Shown here: one piece after another, positions 10,652 to 17,880 of the stretch
Layout: each line of letters starts with the position of its first letter
Position numbering within the stretch: the stretch's first letter is position 1
Assembly: GCA_964586155.1 (NCBI GenBank)
Contig: CAZPHC010000012.1
Coordinates: 78,275 to 142,274, forward strand
DNA length: 64,000 nt
Direction of reading: 5' to 3'
From: an uncultured Enterobacteriaceae bacterium
Lineage (GTDB): Bacteria; Myxococcota_A; UBA9042
Translations under genes and position numbers: made by a program
Notes under the pieces: model-generated
Seen by the model: only the letters and a program-made list of their open reading frames with translations
What the model was told of the DNA's origin: nothing
The model's database searches: none

Positions 10652-11823
10652 CAGGGCGTGATCGCCGGCACGCTGGCGTCGTCGACGTAGATCGCGCCGT
10701 GGTGGTCGGCCTTGTCGACCGCGATGTCGCCGCCGACGGTCCACAGGCGCTTGCCGTCGTGGTGGATGCCGTGGAGGTTGGCGTTGGTCTCGATCGTGCT
10801 GCTGACCCAGGCGCCGGCCTTGGTCCGCCGCGCCGTGTAGCCGGTGGCGCCGGCCAGATCGACCACGCCATCCGGGCGCACCGCGACGCCCTGCACCACG
10901 AATGGCGCGTCGTCGGGTGGCGCGACCGAGCTCCAGGCGCTGCCGTCGTAGTGCACGAGCGCCACGCCGATCTGGCCGCCGACGGCCCAGACGTCGCTGG
11001 CGCTGCGACCATGGACGGTGAACAGCGGCGCGCCGCTGCCGTCGGTGAGCTCGGTCGACCAGGCGCCAGCGCTGTCGGTGGTGGCGGCCACCGCGCGGCC
11101 GCCGACCGCGAACATTCGGCCCGTGCTCGCGTCGCGCCAGACCTTGAACAGCCGCGACTCGGCAGAGCTCGGCCAGGTCGCCCGCGCCTCGAGCGGCACC
11201 AGGGCCCAGGGCGCCGCAGCAGCGCTGGTCGGATCGTGGTGCAGCAGCAGCAGCGTATCGGTGGTGTCGGTGGCGGCGCTGGCGCCGTCGACGCCGCCGA
11301 CGGTCCAGGCCTGGCCGTCGGCCGCCAGCCAGCAGCCCCAGAGCGTCGCCTTGGGGTGTTGCGTCGGCATCGTCGTCCAGGCCGTCCCGTCCCAGCGCGC
11401 AGCCTGGCCGCCGTCGCCGACGACCAGCACCTTGCCCTGGCCGTCGCCGTGGACCCAGCGCAGCTTGGCCTTGAGCGGCGGGTCGCGGCGACTCCAGGCG
11501 CTGCCGTCGAAGTGGCGCACCAGCGGCTTGCCGGCCTCGCCGCCGACGATCCAGACGTCGTTCGGCGACGCCGACCAGACGGCGTAGAAGGCCCCGGCGT
11601 CGTCATCGTCGGTGACGGCGTGGAAGACCGTCGGCGTCGGCGCCGGATCGCCGTCGCCACCGTCGCAGCCGCCGAGGCCGAGAGCGCCGCTGACGACGAG
11701 GCTCGCGGCGAGCACCGTCGCCGGCACGCTGCCCGCCAGCCGGTCGCAGAGGCGACCGAGGCGACCGAGGCGACCGATGCGACCGATCTTGTCGCGTCCA
11801 CCCGGGGTCCGATGCACCACCAT
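10651..11823 (-). CDS. Beta-propeller lipoprotein with repeated W-x-VGG blades (BNR/Ycf48-like)
   Basis: 390 aa. GGGAGG RBS 8 nt upstream of the ATG. Lipobox (LGLGGC). At least 6 repeats of about 45 aa centred on DVW[AIT]VGG. Translationally coupled to the downstream NHL gene. Confidence 0.65.
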   Translation of the reverse strand: MVVHRTPGGRDKIGRIGRLGRLGRLCDRLAGSVPATVLAASLVVSGALGLGGCDGGDGDPAPTPTVFHAVTDDDDAGAFYAVWSASPNDVWIVGGEAGKPLVRHFDGSAWSRRDPPLKAKLRWVHGDGQGKVLVVGDGGQAARWDGTAWTTMPTQHPKATLWGCWLAADGQAWTVGGVDGASAATDTTDTLLLLHHDPTSAAAAPWALVPLEARATWPSSAESRLFKVWRDASTGRMFAVGGRAVAATTDSAGAWSTELTDGSGAPLFTVHGRSASDVWAVGGQIGVALVHYDGSAWSSVAPPDDAPFVVQGVAVRPDGVVDLAGATGYTARRTKAGAWVSSTIETNANLHGIHHDGKRLWTVGGDIAVDKADHHGAIYVDDASVPAITP

Positions 11824-11928
11824 GAGCCCAACCTCCCACGATCGCGCCCATCTGCGCAGACCGAGCTTGCCACCGACCGGCCAGGACCGCTACGTTGGCG
11901 CGAGACGTGCGGGGCAAGGAGAGCAACG

Positions 11929-13155
11929 ATGCGAAGGGTTTTCGGGAGGGTGGCGACACGGCGCCCTGGCGACCTGGGCGGAGTCCGTCGGTGGTTGGGT
12001 GCGCTGGCGCTCGTGGCGCTGGCCGCGTGCGAGACCGAGACGCCAGCGACGACGCCGGCGTGCGACGGCCCCGCAGGCACCATCTGCACCTGGATCGGCG
12101 ACGGCGAGGCCGGCTTCGACGGCGACGGCAACCCGCTGCTGGCGTCCCAGCTCTACTGGCCGATCGACGTCACGCTCGGCGCGGGCGGCAAGGCCTGGGT
12201 GCTCGACTGGAACAACCACCGCGTGCGCGAGGTCGTCGACGGCACGCTGCGCACGGTCATCGGCAGCGACCAGCTCGGTGACGGCCCCGACGATCTGGCC
12301 GACAAGACCGAGCCCGGCGCGATCGGCACCACGGTCAACCTCAACCACCCGACGCAGCTGCTGCCGCAAGCGGATGGCTCGATGCTGCTGGTGGCATGGC
12401 ACAACCACAAGCTGCGCCGCTACGATCCGGCCACCGGCCGCGTCGTCATCACCTGCGGCAGCGCGCCCGGCTACAAGGGCGACGGCGGCTCGGCGCACAA
12501 GGCGCAGCTGGATCAGCCGCAGGCCGTGGCCCCGGACGGGCTCGGCGGCCTGTACGTGCTCGACCAGCGCAACCAGGTCGTGCGCCAGATCGACGCCCAG
12601 GGCATCATGCACACCGTCGCGGGCACGCCGAAGTCGCCCGGCTTCGCCGGCGATGGCGGCGATCCGCTGCAGGCGAAGTTCTCGTTCCCCACGGGAAGCA
12701 ACCCGTCGCCGGGCGGCTGGGTGACCACCGACAGCGAAGGGCGGATCTACGTCAGCGACACGCTCAACCACCGCATCCGCCGCATCGACCGGACCAAGAA
12801 CACCATCGAGACCATCGCCGGCACCGGCGAGGCGGGGTTCGGCGGCGACGGCGGCCCCGCGACCGCGGCGAAGCTCAACAACCCGCGCAAGCTGACGGTC
12901 GGCCCGGACGGCCGGCTCTACGTCGCCGACGAGATGAACCACCGCATCCGCGCCATCGACCTGACGACGGGCGTCATCAGCACCGTCGTCGGCACCGGCG
13001 AGCCGGCCTTCTCGGGCGACGGCGGCCCCGCGACCGCCGCGGCGATCTGGCGGCCGTCGGCCGTGTCGTTCTCGCCCGAAGGCGAGCTCTACGTCGTCGA
13101 CACCTACAACCACCGCATCCGCCGCGTCCTCGGCAAGGTCGGAGGCAGCAAATGA
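11929..13155 (+). CDS. NHL-repeat lipoprotein, paralogue 2 of 3
   Basis: ATG preceded by AAGGAGAG. Signal plus lipobox (ALVALAAC), then ETETP as in paralogue 3. NHL blades (LNHPTQL, WNNHRVRE, LNHRIRRID, MNHRIRAID, YNHRIRRV). Confidence 0.75.
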   Translation: MRRVFGRVATRRPGDLGGVRRWLGALALVALAACETETPATTPACDGPAGTICTWIGDGEAGFDGDGNPLLASQLYWPIDVTLGAGGKAWVLDWNNHRVREVVDGTLRTVIGSDQLGDGPDDLADKTEPGAIGTTVNLNHPTQLLPQADGSMLLVAWHNHKLRRYDPATGRVVITCGSAPGYKGDGGSAHKAQLDQPQAVAPDGLGGLYVLDQRNQVVRQIDAQGIMHTVAGTPKSPGFAGDGGDPLQAKFSFPTGSNPSPGGWVTTDSEGRIYVSDTLNHRIRRIDRTKNTIETIAGTGEAGFGGDGGPATAAKLNNPRKLTVGPDGRLYVADEMNHRIRAIDLTTGVISTVVGTGEPAFSGDGGPATAAAIWRPSAVSFSPEGELYVVDTYNHRIRRVLGKVGGSK

Positions 13156-14450
13156 GCACGACGTCCCACACGATCGGCCGCGCCGTCGCCTCGGTCGGCC
13201 TGATCGCCGCGCTGGGCCTCGGCGGCTGCGAGACCGAGACCCCCGACGCCTGCGCCGACAAGACCCCGGGCACGCTCTGCGCCTTCATGGGCACCGGCGT
13301 CGCCGGCCTCGGCCACGACGGCGTCGCACCAGAGGCAGTCAAGCTCTACTGGCCGCAGGACCTGACGTTCGGTCCCGACGGCCTGCCCTACGTGCTCGAC
13401 TGGAACAACCACCGCGTCCGCCGCGTCACGGCCGACGGCAAGGTGCAGACCGTGGTCGGCACCGGCGAGCTGGGCGACGCGCCAAACGGGCCGGCCACGT
13501 CGACCCGGCTCAACCACCCGACCCACGTCGCCTTCGATCCGCTGGGCAAGCTGATCTTGAGCGCCTGGCACAACTCCAAGGTGGCGCGGGTCGACATCGC
13601 GACCAACACCTTCGAGACGATGTGCGGCACCGGCGGGCGTGACTACGCCGGCGACGACGGCCCGGCCAAGGACGCCGTGCTCGATCTGCCCGTCGCGACG
13701 GTCTTCGACAGCCAGGATCGCATGATCATCGCCGACCAGGGCAACCAGCGCCTGCGCCGCATCGAGCAGGACGGCACGATCCACACCATCTTCGGCCCGG
13801 ACAAGACCTGGTCCGACCCGGCCCAGACCAAGGTCTGCGCCACGACCGACGGCGTCGAGACCTGCAAGTTCTGCAAGACGGCCGAGGCCAGCAACCCCGA
13901 CTGCGTCGAGGAGCCGAAGTCGCGCCCGGTCGGCTTCGCCGGCGACGGCGGCAAGGGCCCCGACGCGCGCATGTTCACCTACTTCAGCCAGGCTGCGGCG
14001 CCGGCCGGCCGCATCGCCATCGACAGCGCCGACAGCATCTACATCGCCGACACCGGCAACCACCGCATCCGCAAGATGACCAAGGACGGCGACGTCTCGA
14101 CCGTGGCCGGCTCGGGCCCGGCGAGCTTCGACAAGGAGTTCGCCGGCGGCTACGGCGGCGACGGCGGCCCCGCGACCGCGGCCCTGCTCAAGCAGCCGCG
14201 CGACATCGAGGTCGGCAGCGACGGCACGCTCTACATCGCCGACACCGACAACGACTGCGTGCGCAAGGTCACACCCGACGGCGTCATCCACACCGTCGCC
14301 GGCATCTGCGGCAAACGCGGCAAGGGCGCGCTCGGCCAGGCGGCGACCGCGACCAGGCTCAACCGGCCGCACGGCGTCGCGCTCGGCCCGGACGGCGCGC
14401 TCTACATCGCCGACACCGAGAATCACCGCATCGTCCGCGTCCTGCCCTGA
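13152..14450 (+). CDS. NHL-repeat lipoprotein, paralogue 3 of 3
   Basis: The ATG overlaps the previous stop (ATGA), with GGAGG 10 nt upstream. Lipobox LGLGGC followed by ETETP. NHL blades (WNNHRVRRV, GNQRLRRIE, GNHRIRKM, DNDCVRKV, ENHRIVRV). Confidence 0.75.
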   Translation: MSTTSHTIGRAVASVGLIAALGLGGCETETPDACADKTPGTLCAFMGTGVAGLGHDGVAPEAVKLYWPQDLTFGPDGLPYVLDWNNHRVRRVTADGKVQTVVGTGELGDAPNGPATSTRLNHPTHVAFDPLGKLILSAWHNSKVARVDIATNTFETMCGTGGRDYAGDDGPAKDAVLDLPVATVFDSQDRMIIADQGNQRLRRIEQDGTIHTIFGPDKTWSDPAQTKVCATTDGVETCKFCKTAEASNPDCVEEPKSRPVGFAGDGGKGPDARMFTYFSQAAAPAGRIAIDSADSIYIADTGNHRIRKMTKDGDVSTVAGSGPASFDKEFAGGYGGDGGPATAALLKQPRDIEVGSDGTLYIADTDNDCVRKVTPDGVIHTVAGICGKRGKGALGQAATATRLNRPHGVALGPDGALYIADTENHRIVRVLP

Positions 14451-14476
14451 CGGCGGCACGAGCGGCGACGGCGGCC

Positions 14477-15007
14477 TCAGAACAGCTCTTCGGCGCAGGT
14501 CAGGTCAAAACCGGTGCCGTCGTCGTCGCGGCAATGGCTCTGGTGGCACGCGACGCAGACCTTGATCGCCGCCTCGGTGTCGACCACGAACGTCGGCGAC
14601 GTCGCCTGCCACTGCCAGTCGCCGCGGGCCACATCCGCGCCTTTGGCCAGCTTGCGCATCGCGGTGTAGCGCACCAGCTGCTGGCAGGCCGCGTCGCTGT
14701 ACTCGAGCTTGAGCAGCGTCGCGCCGACCGGGAAGGGCGCGTCCCAGTGCAGGTAGCGGTCGTGGGCCAGGTCGTTGGCGACCACCCGGATGTAGTTGAG
14801 CTCGTGCTCGTGGCTGTGGCGACACGAGCGCACCTGGCGCCAGCTGGTCGGGGCCTCGGCCGGGAAGATGGCCTCGGGCGCCGGCGTCGTCGGCTCGCTG
14901 GTGCAGCCGAGCCCGGCGCAGAGCGCGACGCCGACCGCGAGACGACCGGCGAGGCGACCGGCGAGATCGACGCCGAGGTCGACGATGGCGAAGCGGGCGT
15001 GGGCCAT
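14477..15007 (-). CDS. Lipoprotein c-type cytochrome, cytochrome P460/c'-beta-like (single C-terminal CXXCH)
   Basis: Internal ATG with AGGAGG 10 nt upstream, 19 nt after the radical SAM stop. Lipobox (LGC). Single heme-binding CVACH about 25 aa from the C-terminus. Size of about 176 aa is as in P460-family proteins. Confidence 0.5.
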   Translation of the reverse strand: MAHARFAIVDLGVDLAGRLAGRLAVGVALCAGLGCTSEPTTPAPEAIFPAEAPTSWRQVRSCRHSHEHELNYIRVVANDLAHDRYLHWDAPFPVGATLLKLEYSDAACQQLVRYTAMRKLAKGADVARGDWQWQATSPTFVVDTEAAIKVCVACHQSHCRDDDGTGFDLTCAEELF

Positions 15008-15026
15008 GGCTCGGCGCCTCCTGCTG

Positions 15027-16475
15027 CTACGGCGCCCGGTCGCCGGCGGCGGCCGCGACGACACGCCCATCGGCGCCGACACGCTCCCGCTCGAACAGCC
15101 GCATGCCAGCGCGCCCGGCAGCGGACTGGGCCATCGCCCAACCCAGGCGCGCGGCGTCCTTGGCCGTGCGCAGCCCGGAATTGCGCGCCCGGCGCGCCGC
15201 GACCTCGTGGACCATCCAGCGGTTGGCGGCCTCGAACCAGCGCGGGCTGTGCCGGCCAGCGACGGCGAGGTCGCGGTCGGAGCCGTCGTGCCAGCTGGCG
15301 GTGGGCACGGTGCGCTCGGCGACCTGGTGGGCGTAGGGCGTGCCGGCGATCGGGTAGCTGACGGTGGTCAAGAACACGCCGGGCGCGGCGCGCGCGACCA
15401 TGTCGATGCTGGCCTCGATGTCCTGCAGCTGCTCGCCCTCGTAGCCGAGCATCAGGAACATGCCGGTCTCGATGCCGGCGGCCTCGAGCTTGCGCACGAC
15501 CTCGACGACCCGCTCGGCGTTGGTCGAGCGCTCCATGGCGTCGAGGATGCGCTGGCTGCCCGACTCGGCGCCGACCCAGATGCGCTTGGCCCCCATCGAC
15601 GCCAGCGCCGCGATGATCTCGTCGTCGAGGCGATCTTCGCGGGTGATGGTCTCGAACGGCACGCGAATGCCGCGCGATTGCAGCTCCTCGGCGTAGCGCA
15701 TCAGCCACTTCTTGTGGATGGTGAAGACATCGTCGGCGTACCAGATCTGGTCCGGTCGGTAGCGCGCGAGCAGCTCCTGCACCTCGTCGGCGACGTGGCC
15801 GGGCGTGCGCCGGCGGTGGCTGTGGCCGTAGACCGCGTGGCTGCACCAGTTGCAGTGGAACGGGCAGCCGCGCGCGGTGATCAGGTTGACCGAGCTCGCG
15901 CCGTGGTGCCGCCGCCAGGTGTCGAGGTAGCGGTCGATGTCGATCAGGTCGCGCGCCGGCCCCGGCATCGCGTCGAGGTCGCGGATCTGCGCCCGGGCGC
16001 TGTTGCGCACCGTCTTGCCCGCATCGTCGCGCCAGACGAGACCGGCGATGGCCGAGAGGTCGCGCTCGCCACGCTCCCAGGCCGGCAGCAGCTCGGCCAT
16101 CGTATGTTCGCCCTCGCCGACGACCACCGCGTCGACGCCCCAGTCGAGGTAGCGGTCGGCGTAGTTGGCCGGGTCCGGCCCGCCGACGACGACCTTGGCC
16201 CCGGCCCGCTTCGCCATCGACGCCATGCGCAGGATGTGCTTGCGCGTGACCATGTTGGCGTAGAAGCCGACGACCGCGGGCCTGTGCTGGACCAGGGCGT
16301 CGAGGAAGTCGCCGCGCAGACGGAAGGTGCCGTCCCAGACGGCGACGTCGACGCCGACGCTGCGCAGGTAACCCGCGACGTAGAGCACGCCCAGCGGCGG
16401 GTACGGCCGCATCGCCTTCTGCTCGGCGGGGTCGTCGTGCAGGAACCATCCGTGGGCGAGCAAGAGGTGGGTCAT
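15027..16475 (-). CDS. B12-binding domain radical SAM enzyme (class B)
   Basis: 482 aa. N-terminal cobalamin-binding Rossmann-like region, then CPFHCNWC (CxxxCxxC radical SAM cluster). AGGAG RBS. Confidence 0.85.
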   Translation of the reverse strand: MTHLLLAHGWFLHDDPAEQKAMRPYPPLGVLYVAGYLRSVGVDVAVWDGTFRLRGDFLDALVQHRPAVVGFYANMVTRKHILRMASMAKRAGAKVVVGGPDPANYADRYLDWGVDAVVVGEGEHTMAELLPAWERGERDLSAIAGLVWRDDAGKTVRNSARAQIRDLDAMPGPARDLIDIDRYLDTWRRHHGASSVNLITARGCPFHCNWCSHAVYGHSHRRRTPGHVADEVQELLARYRPDQIWYADDVFTIHKKWLMRYAEELQSRGIRVPFETITREDRLDDEIIAALASMGAKRIWVGAESGSQRILDAMERSTNAERVVEVVRKLEAAGIETGMFLMLGYEGEQLQDIEASIDMVARAAPGVFLTTVSYPIAGTPYAHQVAERTVPTASWHDGSDRDLAVAGRHSPRWFEAANRWMVHEVAARRARNSGLRTAKDAARLGWAMAQSAAGRAGMRLFERERVGADGRVVAAAAGDRAP

Positions 16476-16589
16476 GGGGCTCCTGGCGCGCCACGCCGGG
16501 CGAAGATCCGCCGCGCGTGGCCGACACCTGCACCAACCCTGGCTGCGTTGGCGGCTGGGTGCAAGCAGCCGGGCCGCGAGGCCCGTGCA

Positions 16590-16611
16590 ATCGCGGCGCT
16601 AGCTGCGCGAT
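16590..16611. promoter_or_regulatory. 22-bp imperfect palindrome ATCGCGgcGCTAGCtgCGCGAT in the divergent promoter region between the radical SAM operon and lipoprotein 16709
   Basis: 6-bp perfect arms around a central GCTAGC. Followed by a partial repeat TGCGCGA-tc-TGCGCGC. Confidence 0.35.
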
Positions 16612-16708
16612 CTGCGCGCTCGAGGCGAGGTTTCGTGGCGCGTCGCCGACGGCGGCCCTATCCTGCCGGGGCGGCGCGGCTCACACGCTGCGCCCCGAGG
16701 AGCTTGCC

Positions 16709-17764
16709 ATGCGCGCGATTCCACGCCGGACACCGTCGACCTTCACGTCCCTGACCGCGCTCTGCGTCGCTGCGCTGCTGGCCGGCTGCGGCAACGACGG
16801 CGGCGGCAGTGGCGCCGACGCCGGCCAGGGCTCCGACGTCGGCGGCCAGATCGACGCAGCACAGGATACGAGCGCTGGCGACGACTCGGCCGGCGGCGAC
16901 ACGGCCACGGGGGAGGACTCCGCCGAGGCGGACACGGCGCTCGGCGACGCAGCGGCGTCCGACGTCCCCGTGTCCGACGTCCCCGTGTCCGACGTCCCCG
17001 TGTCCGACGTCCCCGTGTCCGACGTTCCGGTGCCGGACGACACCGGCGCGCTCGACACGGCGGGCAACGACACGGCAGCCAACGACACGGCCGTCTCCGA
17101 CACCGCAGCCAACGACACGGCCGTCTCCGACACCGCCAGCAGCGACGCCGGTGACGCCGCCGGCGGGGTGCAATGCAACGGCCCCAAGGGCAGCTTCCCG
17201 AGCTTCGCCAAGGCTTGCAGCGCCGACAGCGACTGCTTCGTCGCCCAGCATCAGATCAACTGCTGCGGCACCAAGGTCGCCTTCGGCCTCTCGGTCAGCG
17301 ACAAGGCCGCCTTCGAGGCCGCCGAGGCCGTCTGCCAGTCGCAGTACCCCGGCTGCGGCTGCGCCCAGTTCGAGACGATGGCCGAGGACGGCTACAGCAG
17401 CTTCAACGACGCCGACTTCGTCGCCACGTGCCAGGCGGGCATCTGCCGCACCTCGGTGCCGAGCGCCAAGCCGGTCTGCGAGTCCACAGGCCTGCAGAAG
17501 CCCAAAGCGGTCAAGGCATGCACCGCCACCAGCGACTGCACCTACCTGCTGCAGACCATCGACTGCTGCGGCAGCCAGCGCGCCGTCGGCGTGGCCAAGT
17601 TCGCCAAGGACGCCCTCGAGAAGGCCGAGTTCGCGTGCTCGCAGCAGATGTCGATCTGTGACTGCCTGCCCAAGCCGGTGCAGCTCGAGGACGGCCTCAC
17701 CGCCGGCGACGGTCTGACAGCCGTCCAGTGCGAGGCCGGCTCCTGCATGACCTACGCCAAGTAG
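16709..17764 (+). CDS. Lipoprotein with acidic low-complexity linker and two duplicated Cys-rich C-terminal modules (xxCCG motif)
   Basis: ATG with GAGGAG 8 nt upstream. Lipobox LLAGC. In-frame 15-bp x5 (SDVPV) and 30-bp x2 tandem repeats. Two ~95-aa modules each contain INCCGT or IDCCGS. Confidence 0.65.
   Translation: MRAIPRRTPSTFTSLTALCVAALLAGCGNDGGGSGADAGQGSDVGGQIDAAQDTSAGDDSAGGDTATGEDSAEADTALGDAAASDVPVSDVPVSDVPVSDVPVSDVPVPDDTGALDTAGNDTAANDTAVSDTAANDTAVSDTASSDAGDAAGGVQCNGPKGSFPSFAKACSADSDCFVAQHQINCCGTKVAFGLSVSDKAAFEAAEAVCQSQYPGCGCAQFETMAEDGYSSFNDADFVATCQAGICRTSVPSAKPVCESTGLQKPKAVKACTATSDCTYLLQTIDCCGSQRAVGVAKFAKDALEKAEFACSQQMSICDCLPKPVQLEDGLTAGDGLTAVQCEAGSCMTYAK
16958..17032 (+). repeat. 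15-bp x5 perfect tandem repeat tccgacgtccccgtg, encoding (SDVPV)5 in frame
   Basis: Seen directly in the sequence. The last unit is degenerate. Confidence 0.9.
17078..17137 (+). repeat. 30-bp x2 tandem repeat encoding ANDTAVSDTA
   Basis: Seen directly in the sequence. Confidence 0.85.
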
Positions 17765-17880
17765 CTGCGGCCGCGCCGCGCCCCATTCTCCGCGCCGGTC
17801 CGGGCCAGCGGCGCGATGGACAGTGCCGAACCCAAGTGCCTATGCTCCCGCCGCGGTGCGGGTCCGCGACGAAGGTGGCG

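Noticed and set aside
16958-17137. Tandem repeats considered as possible CRISPR arrays or minisatellites; also those at 31891..31975, 50340..50560 and 62608..62667.
   Set aside because: They are contiguous with no spacers, 12-30 bp long, and in frame within ORFs where they encode acidic or Thr-rich linkers. They are not CRISPR arrays.
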